This document shows positions 17,920 through 26,632 of a stretch of DNA of 64,000 bases, piece after piece. This DNA comes from a virus (Duplodnaviria > Heunggongvirae > Uroviricota > Caudoviricetes). The position numbers were made by a program, and so were the translations under genes. The stretch lies in IMG/VR virus record IMGVR_UViG_3300051215_000059; one strand, 5' to 3'. Every line of letters starts with the position of its first letter. Position 1 is the first letter of the stretch. The notes under the pieces were generated by a model. It saw nothing but the letters and a program-made list of their open reading frames with translations. It was not told the DNA's origin and did no database searches.

Positions 17920-18431
17920 TGAGTTATCGATATCTTGTGTTTTTGGACATTGACGGAGTTTTTACTTCGTCGCGTGTCCATTATGCACATAACTCAGAAT
18001 ATAAGATGTGGGCAAGATTCGACCCAGTTGCAGTCGACTTTATGAACAAGATTCACGATAGGTATCCTGTTGAGTTTGTTCTTATGTCAACTTGGAAGAA
18101 TGGACTTCGTAATGACGATATAATGATTGAACATTGGGTTCGTTCTGCTTTTGCCAACTCTGGATTTCGTGGCATGATCGCAAATCCTTGGAAAACCGAC
18201 CCTGATAACTTTGCGACCCATAAAAAATGGGACAGGGCAAACGAAGTCAAAGACTATCTTGAAAATTTTGCAACCGATGTAGATGATTTCATCTTGTTTG
18301 ATGATAATCGGTATCGGTTCAAAGAAATCCTTGGAAAAGGAAGATTGGTTCAGACCGATCCAGAAAACGGTCTATTATATAAACACATGCTCAATGCACA
18401 AAGCATCATGGGCAATTGGATAGAAAGGTAA
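17919..18431 (+). CDS. HAD-superfamily phosphatase
   Basis: motif I FLDIDGVFT (DxDGx) near N-terminus, conserved downstream Ser/Thr and DD motifs. Confidence 0.6.
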   Translation: MSYRYLVFLDIDGVFTSSRVHYAHNSEYKMWARFDPVAVDFMNKIHDRYPVEFVLMSTWKNGLRNDDIMIEHWVRSAFANSGFRGMIANPWKTDPDNFATHKKWDRANEVKDYLENFATDVDDFILFDDNRYRFKEILGKGRLVQTDPENGLLYKHMLNAQSIMGNWIER

Positions 18432-18435
18432 TCTA

Positions 18436-18990
18436 ATGGAAAGTTTTATTGGTGCATTTAGTGGCGTTTGGGCGGCACTATTTTTGATTGTGTTCCTTGC
18501 ATCTGGTATTTTGGCAAGCCGAACCGAAAGTATGATTATGGGTCTTGGAATGCTATTCCTTGGCGCAGTGGTCGCAGAATACGTAGTGGGAATTGCAGTG
18601 GTTTCATACGTCCTTGCAAACCCATTGTCTATTGCCCTTATTGCGTTGGTGTATGGTGCAATTGGTGCAGTATATACTGGTTTGTGGCGCTGGCCTCTGT
18701 TTATCACAAGCCATCACTATGACATTGAAGATAAGTTCAAGTCTTGGCATCGCAATCACGAAGGAACGTTTGACGACTTTTTGGACTCATATGAGTATTC
18801 AAAGTATACCGCCCGTAATAACAAGGACCGTCTTGCTTCCTACGTTCTAATGTGGCCATTTCACTTTACTTGGGAAATTATTCACAAGCCATTCGTGTGG
18901 GTATACAACTTCGTCTACGTTTTCCTTGGAAGCACGTTTGACAAAATCGGCAAATACTATGCAAAGAAACTGCACAGTGAGCGTCATTGA
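18436..18990 (+). CDS. integral membrane protein (3-4 TM)
   Basis: hydrophobic helices throughout N-terminal half. Confidence 0.5.
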   Translation: MESFIGAFSGVWAALFLIVFLASGILASRTESMIMGLGMLFLGAVVAEYVVGIAVVSYVLANPLSIALIALVYGAIGAVYTGLWRWPLFITSHHYDIEDKFKSWHRNHEGTFDDFLDSYEYSKYTARNNKDRLASYVLMWPFHFTWEIIHKPFVWVYNFVYVFLGSTFDKIGKYYAKKLHSERH

Positions 18991-19553
18991 TGTGTAAGCT
19001 GACGTTTGTGTATTCGTCAATGAACTCTGGTAAGAGCCTTTCGGTTCTTACCAGAAATCATACATTGACCCAAAAAGGTTTTCGAACTGTATTGATGAAG
19101 CCAGCCGTGGATGATCGCTCCACTGCTATTACTACGCGCCTTGGTATTGAGCATGATTGTTTGATTGTTGGTCCAACTGATATGCCAAGCGCCAAGATTC
19201 TGAAGTCACACGCCACCAAGCCAGACTTCTTGATGGTTGATGAAGCACAATTTCTTACTAAAGAACAGGTGTGGGATTTGGCAAATCTGGTTGACAACTG
19301 GGACATAAACGTGTATTGTTATGGTCTGCGGCTAAACTGGCAGGGCGAGTTTTTCACTGGTTCTGAAGAACTGATGAAAATCGCAGATGAACTTATACCG
19401 ATTGAAAACTTCTGCAAAGAAAACAAAGGTGCGTTGGCGTTCTTTCACATCAAAAAAGGCGGAAACGACAACCCAGTAGAAACTGGATACGAGGATTTGT
19501 ATGATACTGTATCTCGCAAAGTGTGGAAACAGTGGTGGGAAAGTAAGCAATAA
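18987..19553 (+). CDS. tdk: thymidine kinase
   Basis: P-loop SSMNSGKSLSVL, VDEAQF motif, C-terminal zinc-ribbon region. Confidence 0.85.
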   Translation: MMCKLTFVYSSMNSGKSLSVLTRNHTLTQKGFRTVLMKPAVDDRSTAITTRLGIEHDCLIVGPTDMPSAKILKSHATKPDFLMVDEAQFLTKEQVWDLANLVDNWDINVYCYGLRLNWQGEFFTGSEELMKIADELIPIENFCKENKGALAFFHIKKGGNDNPVETGYEDLYDTVSRKVWKQWWESKQ

Positions 19554-19555
19554 TC

Positions 19556-19963
19556 ATGTTTGATGTATTTCGTATCAGGGCGAGACTCAGAAAAAGAAGA
19601 ATCCGCAAGGTTCTTGAAGATTCTGGTTGTCGCTCTTGGTATGAATATCATATGATTCGAGACCCGAACTTGAATGTAGATGCAAAGACAGTTCAAGAGT
19701 TTTATCGTGGTTACATTCTGTTTGAGGTTCCATTTGGAATTGTAATGCGACAACCATCGTATGACCAAGGACTTTTTTCAGACGGAACGTTGGAATTTCG
19801 TATTTGGTGCAAACATAACTGCGAAGGAAAATATAGAGTTCATTGGCATAGAACTCGTTCCGATGGCAAATTTGACTACTTTGATGGTCGCGGCGGTGAA
19901 GCAGTATATGTCGCATTTGAAAATGAAACTGATGCCGCAAGGTTTGCACTGACATGGTTATGA
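19556..19963 (+). CDS. hypothetical protein
   Basis: 135-aa ORF. Confidence 0.5.
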   Translation: MFDVFRIRARLRKRRIRKVLEDSGCRSWYEYHMIRDPNLNVDAKTVQEFYRGYILFEVPFGIVMRQPSYDQGLFSDGTLEFRIWCKHNCEGKYRVHWHRTRSDGKFDYFDGRGGEAVYVAFENETDAARFALTWL

Positions 19964-20214
19964 AAACTTGGGCGATTGAAGTATACTACGGAAACACAAA
20001 TCCGTTTTATGTCAAGAGGAACAAAGTTGACAGATGGCGAAATATCCTACGTGATACAGGATTTGTGACTAAAGAGGTGACGGTGACACAAGCTGAAGAA
20101 ACTGTCAGATGGGTTGTCGCACATCCAACAAACGAGAATGCATTGGAAGAAATGATGCTTATGCAAGGCGACATACTTCCACCAGCAAAAATAATGGAGA
20201 TTGAATATGCATAG
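19954..20214 (+). CDS. hypothetical protein
   Basis: 86-aa ORF in gene train. Confidence 0.45.
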   Translation: MVMKTWAIEVYYGNTNPFYVKRNKVDRWRNILRDTGFVTKEVTVTQAEETVRWVVAHPTNENALEEMMLMQGDILPPAKIMEIEYA

Positions 20215-20449
20215 GACAGTTACAGTAGACGTTGAAGTAGAGGTAGACTTGGATGACTTCACCGATGATGACTTGGTGGAAGAACTCAAATTTCGCGGCT
20301 ACATCGCAGAGCCAGAAGACAACTATGTTTCAGAGCAACATTTGGACAAGTTTGACCTTGAGTTTCTTATTGAAACGATTGACAAACAAGAACAAACTTG
20401 GTATACTCGCACGGTAAGAGACAAACTACATAAATTGAGGTTCAAATGA
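20201..20449 (+). CDS. hypothetical acidic protein
   Basis: 82-aa ORF. Confidence 0.45.
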   Translation: MNMHRTVTVDVEVEVDLDDFTDDDLVEELKFRGYIAEPEDNYVSEQHLDKFDLEFLIETIDKQEQTWYTRTVRDKLHKLRFK

Positions 20450-20724
20450 ACATACTACAGCAACTAATGGTCATCACAATGGAAGAATGTGCGGAACTTA
20501 CCCAGCAATGCAGTAAGACAATCCGCAAATATGAAACCGTTGAAGAAGCAAACGCTGATAATCCAAAGGCAAAACTTAATCGTGACAAGCTGGTAGAAGA
20601 AGCTGGCGATGTATTGTGTATGCTTCAACTCATGGTTGCCCACAATATGGTGACGTGGGATGAACTTGAACTTCGCGCTGAAGTCAAAAAAGAAAAACTG
20701 AAAAGATGGAGTGATTTGGTATGA
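20446..20724 (+). CDS. MazG-like nucleoside triphosphate pyrophosphohydrolase
   Basis: EECAELTQ...EEAGDVLCMLQLM all-alpha NTP-PPase motifs. Confidence 0.7.
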   Translation: MNILQQLMVITMEECAELTQQCSKTIRKYETVEEANADNPKAKLNRDKLVEEAGDVLCMLQLMVAHNMVTWDELELRAEVKKEKLKRWSDLV

Positions 20725-21086
20725 AAAAGTTAGGATGTTTTTTTGGTTCACATAATTTTGAGTTAGTGGCGGTCAATCGCGACTATCACACAACTTACAC
20801 CGATTCTGATAGAGTAATATATCACACAATGCGGTTCTATCAGTGTTCTTGCGGGGAAAGAAAGTTCAAAACTGATTATGCTAACAAGTATAGCACACAT
20901 AATGGAATCAATCTCGCAAAAGATAATTGGTTAGATGTTGGTGTAGTCCCATCTGGCAGCTATGATCCAAGAACTGTTGGAGAAAATTACGTCCCTACTC
21001 CGCCCACTCCGACAAAAAAACCAATCATCAACAAATCAGCAAAAATTCTTGATTTCAAAGTAATCAAAGGCGGAAACAATGAGTGA
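20721..21086 (+). CDS. hypothetical protein
   Basis: 121 aa. Confidence 0.5.
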   Translation: MKKLGCFFGSHNFELVAVNRDYHTTYTDSDRVIYHTMRFYQCSCGERKFKTDYANKYSTHNGINLAKDNWLDVGVVPSGSYDPRTVGENYVPTPPTPTKKPIINKSAKILDFKVIKGGNNE

Positions 21087-21381
21087 TACCTACACCCTGT
21101 TAGATGCGATGCGCGAGGAAATTGACACCCTCAAAGAACTTGAAACTATATATGAAAAGGAAGAAAAGTTTTTGTTGGTGTCTGATTACAGAGTTCAGCG
21201 CCGAAGTCTGGAACGCATCGTAAATCGTTTTGAAAAAGGGTATGAGTATTATATGGGCATCAACAGCGAAGGCAATGCTCAACTGAAATACCGCCAAACT
21301 GACAAACATCTATTGCGTGAATATCCTGCACTTCGTGAAGCAAAAGAAAACTATGATATCGTGAAAGAGATTGTAAAATGA
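21079..21381 (+). CDS. hypothetical protein
   Basis: 100 aa. Confidence 0.5.
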   Translation: MSDTYTLLDAMREEIDTLKELETIYEKEEKFLLVSDYRVQRRSLERIVNRFEKGYEYYMGINSEGNAQLKYRQTDKHLLREYPALREAKENYDIVKEIVK

Positions 21382-21740
21382 GCGAAGATTACAATCATTA
21401 CGCAGCAATTGACTACTCTGCGACTGGAGAGGGCAGGACACTCTATCTATTGATTACTCGTGCCAATCCCAGTCCAGACGATTGGGAAGACCCACCGTCA
21501 TTGAAAAATGGGTGGAGTGGCACTCTTGCAGTTTCTTCAGAAACAATAGTCAAGCGTCAAATGGCAGAACTCGTGGACTCCTACTACATGGCAGGGATTC
21601 AATATTATACTCGTGAAGAATTTTTGAGTTCGTATCAGTTTTATCTTCCACAAGTTGTTGTTGATATGAGCAATCCAGATAACGACCACCAACCATTCAA
21701 TCTCCATTATTTTCAAGAATTTCATTTCAATTTCTCATGA
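21378..21740 (+). CDS. hypothetical protein
   Basis: 120 aa. Confidence 0.5.
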   Translation: MSEDYNHYAAIDYSATGEGRTLYLLITRANPSPDDWEDPPSLKNGWSGTLAVSSETIVKRQMAELVDSYYMAGIQYYTREEFLSSYQFYLPQVVVDMSNPDNDHQPFNLHYFQEFHFNFS

Positions 21741-22108
21741 CATACGCAAAAGATATAAATGTTGGTGATTTAGTTTACACCGTTGAATCCGTATATCACT
21801 GGATAAACGGACACCGACAGAGGTTGACTATGATTGATGATGAAGGCAACGAATGGCATCGTTACGACAAACCAGGTATTGAATATCATGTTGATACATG
21901 GGCAGTGAAAGGAAAAGTCGTCACTACGTTTGAAGGTGAATTGCCAGATGACGAAAAAATAAGTGATTACACAGATTCTATCTTTCTTGAAAATGTAAAA
22001 ACAAAAGAAAGAAACACACTGGTTGGGGTATGTGGCAATCCTCTTGAAAATGTGTATCTCTGTAGTGGCGATGCTCAGTCAGCAAAAGACACAGCGACGA
22101 AACGATAA
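21737..22108 (+). CDS. hypothetical protein
   Basis: 123 aa. Confidence 0.5.
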   Translation: MTYAKDINVGDLVYTVESVYHWINGHRQRLTMIDDEGNEWHRYDKPGIEYHVDTWAVKGKVVTTFEGELPDDEKISDYTDSIFLENVKTKERNTLVGVCGNPLENVYLCSGDAQSAKDTATKR

Positions 22109-22136
22109 ATAGTGATAATGTTATAGGAGAAACAAC

Positions 22137-24599
22137 ATGAAAACAACAAGGATAACCAACGCAACATTCGCAAAAAGTGTATCGTTACTAAAATCTTCTA
22201 CCGCACTACCAGAAATGTCGTATGTGTTTGAATTAAAATTTACATTGAATAATCCAAACACATACGATGGTGGTTCATATGCAGCAAACGACAAATTTGC
22301 AACTGCGATATCGACATCTGGAAACTACACAATCGTTGGTTCACAAGACGAGGGTGACGCTATCGGAACCATGTCTGGAGTTGCATATATATATTCAAAC
22401 TCAACTGGTCAATTATTATACACTCTTAGAAATCCAAATCCATTTGGAACAAGCACAAATGATTTTTTTGGACAGGCAGTCGCAATTTCTAACAATTATG
22501 CCATAGTTGGTGCATCAGAAAGCGATGCAAATGGAACGGCGTCAGGCAAAGCATATATATATTCTACATCCACAGGCCAATTGATATATACACTAGACAA
22601 TCCAAATCCAGTTGACACTAGTCAGAGTGATCGTTTTGGACAGGCAGTCGCAATTTCTGACAGTTATGTTATAGTTGGTGCAAACGGCGAGGACGATGCT
22701 GGGTTGAATTCGGGCAAGGCGTATGTCTTTTCTCTGGCAACTGGGCAATTAGTTTATCAACTTGATAACGTAAATGCCACCGGAACAACTGCTTCTGACT
22801 TGTTTGGAATATCCGTTGGTATAACTGATACATACGCAATTGTTGGCGCACATCAAGAAGATGTTGGTGGTTCAAGTTCAGGTTCTGCTTACATTTTCTC
22901 CATGTCTGATGGCTCCCTGCAATATACACTAAACAACCCAAATGCATATGGAACAAGTGCAAGTGATTTCTTCGGTAGATCAGTTGCAATTTCTAACAAT
23001 TATGCCATAGTTGGTGCATACGGCGAGGACGATGCAAATGGAACGACATCAGGCAAAGCGTATATATACTCATTGAGTAATGGGTCTTTACTATATACAT
23101 TGAACAATCCAAATCCAGTTGGAACAAGTGCAAATGACAATTTTGGATATTACATTGATGTATCTGACACACATGCTGTTATAAGCGCACATACAGAAGG
23201 AACCAGTGTTGGTGGTGGAGCAATTGCTACTACCGCTGGAAAAGCATATGTATATAACTTATCATCTGGAAGTCTGGTGTATACCATTGACGACCCAAAT
23301 GCTTTTTCAACGGCCACGGCAGATAATTTTTCACAATTTGCAGTTTCAATATCAAATGACTACGTGAGTGTTGGTGCATGGAACGAAGATTCTTCCAATG
23401 CAGCAGGGACTACAATCAACGCAACAGGGAGAGCTTATATATTCTCTGCAAGCAATGGCACACTTCTTCACACATTAACAAATCCAAACGCTTTCGGGTC
23501 TGGATCGTTTGACGAGTTTTCTCGTTACAACGGGGTGTCAGTTTCAAGTATGTATACCGTGATCGGTGCGGCGAATGAAGACTCTGATGGCGTAATGGAC
23601 GCGGGAAAAGCATATATATATTCAAACTCAACTGGACAATTACTATATACGCTGAACAATCCGATTACTGTAAGTCCTGGATATATAGCGTTTGGCACCT
23701 CAGTCGCAAACACAAATGATTATGTCGCAGTTGGGTCTCCATATGGGTATGTTCATGTATTTAATACTCAAGGCCAGTTTTTGCATACAATTACAAATCC
23801 AATAGCTTCACTTACATCCTTTGGCGACGACATTGATATTGAAGGAACTAATCTCATAGTGGGGTCATACGGCGCGACTGATGGCGGTCGGGCATATATC
23901 TATAATGTTGAAACTGGATCGCTATTATATACGCTTATAAATCCAAATGCTTTTGATACAGCGGCAAATGACAATTTCGGATATTCAGTTGGTATTTCTA
24001 ACAATTATGCAATCGTCGGCGCATCATTAGAGGATGATGCAAATGGAACGACATCAGGTAAAGCATATGTATATTCCACAACTACGGGTCAGTTGCTATA
24101 TACACTAGACAATCCAAATCCAGTTGGAACAAGCACGAATGACGGATTTGGAACTTCAGTCGCAATTTCTAACAACTATGCAATCGTCGGTGCATATGGA
24201 GAAAGCGATGCTGGTGGAACCAGTTCAGGAAAAGCATACATCTATTCCACAACTACGGGCCAATTGCTATATACACTAGACAATCCAACCCCATATGGAA
24301 CAAGTGCAAGTGATTACTTTGGGCGCTCAGTATCTATATCAAATAATTATGCTATAGTTGGGGCAGTTTTTGAAGATGATGCAAATGGTTTGTCGTCAGG
24401 TAAAGCATATGTATATTCCACAACTACTGGTCAGTTGCTATATACACTAGACAATCCGAATCCAGTTGGGACTAGTCAGAACGACAATTTTGGACAGTCA
24501 GTTGAAATTTCTGGTAACTATGCCATTTTTAGTGCGTATGGTGAAGATGAATCTAATGGATTAAATTCAGGTAAAGCATATCTATACACATTACCATAA
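22137..24599 (+). CDS. FG-GAP repeat (integrin-alpha-like beta-propeller) protein, 820 aa
   Basis: about 13 tandem ~57-aa units GKAYIYS.STGQLLYTLDNPNP.GTS..D.FGQSVAIS.NYAIVGA..EDDANG; RBS GGAGAAACAAC. Confidence 0.75.
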   Translation: MKTTRITNATFAKSVSLLKSSTALPEMSYVFELKFTLNNPNTYDGGSYAANDKFATAISTSGNYTIVGSQDEGDAIGTMSGVAYIYSNSTGQLLYTLRNPNPFGTSTNDFFGQAVAISNNYAIVGASESDANGTASGKAYIYSTSTGQLIYTLDNPNPVDTSQSDRFGQAVAISDSYVIVGANGEDDAGLNSGKAYVFSLATGQLVYQLDNVNATGTTASDLFGISVGITDTYAIVGAHQEDVGGSSSGSAYIFSMSDGSLQYTLNNPNAYGTSASDFFGRSVAISNNYAIVGAYGEDDANGTTSGKAYIYSLSNGSLLYTLNNPNPVGTSANDNFGYYIDVSDTHAVISAHTEGTSVGGGAIATTAGKAYVYNLSSGSLVYTIDDPNAFSTATADNFSQFAVSISNDYVSVGAWNEDSSNAAGTTINATGRAYIFSASNGTLLHTLTNPNAFGSGSFDEFSRYNGVSVSSMYTVIGAANEDSDGVMDAGKAYIYSNSTGQLLYTLNNPITVSPGYIAFGTSVANTNDYVAVGSPYGYVHVFNTQGQFLHTITNPIASLTSFGDDIDIEGTNLIVGSYGATDGGRAYIYNVETGSLLYTLINPNAFDTAANDNFGYSVGISNNYAIVGASLEDDANGTTSGKAYVYSTTTGQLLYTLDNPNPVGTSTNDGFGTSVAISNNYAIVGAYGESDAGGTSSGKAYIYSTTTGQLLYTLDNPTPYGTSASDYFGRSVSISNNYAIVGAVFEDDANGLSSGKAYVYSTTTGQLLYTLDNPNPVGTSQNDNFGQSVEISGNYAIFSAYGEDESNGLNSGKAYLYTLP

Positions 24600-24612
24600 T
24601 ATGAATGAGGAA

Positions 24613-24640
24613 AGAGGGGCATATGCCCCTCTTTTCCTTT
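24613..24640 (+). terminator. rho-independent terminator
   Basis: AGAGGGGCATATGCCCCTCT palindrome then TTTCCTTTT. Confidence 0.7.
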
Positions 24641-24722
24641 TGATCGATGACATTATGCGTTACGGGGATTATCAAATGATTTCAAACTCATACATTACTT
24701 TCCCGAAGATAAAAGAAAACTA

Positions 24723-24751
24723 TTGACATCATTGGTTTGATGTTGTATAAC
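24723..24751 (+). promoter_or_regulatory. sigma70-like promoter TTGACA-17-TATAAC
   Basis: TTGACA 24723-24728, spacer 17, TATAAC 24746-24751. Confidence 0.5.
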
Positions 24752-24780
24752 ACAAGTGAAGAAAAAACTTGGAGATACAA

Positions 24781-25002
24781 ATGTCGAATCAACGTCCTGC
24801 TAAAATGCACCGTGCTGCTGCTCCGAATGAAGGTAGCATGTCGCTTCAAGACCTCAAAGCATTTGCACTTCTTGCTCAAAAAGAACTTGAAGCCGCTGGT
24901 GAAGATGGTGCTGCATATTACTTCGGGCAACTTGCAGAGTTTATTGCGGATAGTCCCGAAAAACTTACCAGCACTTCTGTGTCTCGTGTGCTTGGTCTAT
25001 GA
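24781..25002 (+). CDS. hypothetical protein
   Basis: GGAGATACAA RBS then ATG 24781. Confidence 0.5.
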   Translation: MSNQRPAKMHRAAAPNEGSMSLQDLKAFALLAQKELEAAGEDGAAYYFGQLAEFIADSPEKLTSTSVSRVLGL

Positions 25003-25340
25003 AACCTTTCGTAGTAAAGAAATCTGCGCCCGTTCAGAAGGTTCAATCTGAACGGGTAAAAGGCGAACTCAAACCTCTTGACAAATACGAAGAAGATATT
25101 CGAAACGGCGAAAATACTCGCTTCGTTGTCAACTTCTTCAAGACTGGTGGCAGTGTTCGTTCAGAACTTGAGTTTGCTTCTGGTAGCGAAGCACAAGAAT
25201 TTGCTAAACTGACATTGACAGAGGGCATGTATCGTGCTGCATTGATTTATGCAATTGATGAATATGCTCATGCTGTGCTACATTCTACTTTGCGCAAAGG
25301 TGACACAAAGTTTGTCTATCCAGAGGTTCAGCGATGGTAA
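24999..25340 (+). CDS. hypothetical protein
   Basis: 113 aa. Confidence 0.5.
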   Translation: MKPFVVKKSAPVQKVQSERVKGELKPLDKYEEDIRNGENTRFVVNFFKTGGSVRSELEFASGSEAQEFAKLTLTEGMYRAALIYAIDEYAHAVLHSTLRKGDTKFVYPEVQRW

Positions 25341-25573
25341 AAGTTTCAGTCTACGAACAATTTATTGGGATGGATTTGGCGGTAAACAAAACCGCCAAAA
25401 TTGTTCTGAATGAGTTTTACCAAACTGACGCTGGACAGTGGATGGCATCAAAACCTGAATGTGTGATGCAATATGACATTCACAACGACCACGAAAATAT
25501 GGGGTTGCGTTTAGAGTTTTTTTCGTATATGAATGAAGATGCCGCAACTGAGTTTATTATGAGGTTCAAATGA
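25334..25573 (+). CDS. hypothetical protein
   Basis: 79 aa. Confidence 0.45.
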   Translation: MVKVSVYEQFIGMDLAVNKTAKIVLNEFYQTDAGQWMASKPECVMQYDIHNDHENMGLRLEFFSYMNEDAATEFIMRFK

Positions 25574-25815
25574 TCGATACTGAAACTGGCGCAGTTTGGG
25601 TTGAATGGAACCTAGCAGAAGGCGACAAGTATTCTGACTTGGTTGATGATTTCGCATCCAGAATGCCTTGGCTGAAATATCTTGAAACTCACAAACTTGA
25701 CAGAACCGATATGATTTCTGACGCGACTGATTACATTTCATGTTGGCAAATCTGTTACATCATGTCGTTTGAGGATGCTGCGATGTATGCGTTGCTATAC
25801 GGACAACAATCATGA
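25570..25815 (+). CDS. hypothetical acidic protein
   Basis: 81 aa. Confidence 0.45.
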   Translation: MIDTETGAVWVEWNLAEGDKYSDLVDDFASRMPWLKYLETHKLDRTDMISDATDYISCWQICYIMSFEDAAMYALLYGQQS

Positions 25816-26057
25816 AATCTGATACTCTACAAATAACGATGGAGATTTCTGATCCATGGACAAAGGAATCTGCTCTAAAACGATTATGCGAAGACCACGA
25901 GAAGATAAACTTTCTATGTCATAATAGCAACAAGTATGAATTTTCTAATCATGTCTTTGATATGGACCTTGACGCAGAAATGTGCGATGTGGTATTCTAT
26001 CTTGATGATATAAGCAAGGCACATTATGTGCTAATATACGGAGAATACGATGTCTGA
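25812..26057 (+). CDS. hypothetical protein
   Basis: 81 aa. Confidence 0.45.
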   Translation: MKSDTLQITMEISDPWTKESALKRLCEDHEKINFLCHNSNKYEFSNHVFDMDLDAEMCDVVFYLDDISKAHYVLIYGEYDV

Positions 26058-26598
26058 TATTTGGGTTACGAGTGATACTCACTTTTTCCACAAAAACATT
26101 CTGTCATTTACCGACAGCAATACTGGTTTGAAGATTCGGCCAGAGTTTTCTACAGTTGAAGAAATGAATGAATGTATGGTTGACCGCTGGAATAGTGTGG
26201 TCAAACCAGGCGATAAAGTCTATCACCTTGGTGATGTCGTCATGGGAAACCTTGACGATTTCAAAAAGCTATGGCCGAAACTAACTGGAAGTAAACGCCT
26301 GATTGTTGGAAACCACGATGATATCAAGTTTCTATCAAGTGGTGGCTTCTTTCAGAAAGTTCAAATGTGGAGAATGTTTCCAGAGTTTGGTTTGATGTTC
26401 AGTCATGTTCCGCTTCATGAAAGTTCTCTGTTTCGTGGTGCGCCAGACAAGAGTTTCGCAGAACATCCGCCAAACCAACTTCTCAACGTGCATGGACATA
26501 TTCACCAAAATCCTTCACCAGAAGGACCATATAAGTGCGTCTGTGTTGAACAAACCAACTACACCCCTGTAAACATCGAAGAACTTCGCATCAAATAA
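26050..26598 (+). CDS. calcineurin-like metallophosphoesterase
   Basis: motifs SDTHF (DxH), LGDVV (GD), IVGNHDD (GNHD). Confidence 0.7.
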   Translation: MSDIWVTSDTHFFHKNILSFTDSNTGLKIRPEFSTVEEMNECMVDRWNSVVKPGDKVYHLGDVVMGNLDDFKKLWPKLTGSKRLIVGNHDDIKFLSSGGFFQKVQMWRMFPEFGLMFSHVPLHESSLFRGAPDKSFAEHPPNQLLNVHGHIHQNPSPEGPYKCVCVEQTNYTPVNIEELRIK

Positions 26599-26632
26599 TT
26601 GGTGCGAAGTATTTACACATAGGAGAGTTCCA

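Noticed and set aside
17250-17990. 246-aa ORF on minus strand
   Set aside because: Overlaps four + strand genes that have promoters, RBSs and start-stop coupling. Its composition (S/T/R/P-rich) is typical of antisense reading of AT-rich coding DNA.
22137-24599. Periodic DNA repeats that could be mistaken for a CRISPR or satellite array
   Set aside because: Periodicity (~171 bp) is in-frame and encodes FG-GAP protein repeats. Units are imperfect and there are no spacer/repeat alternations.
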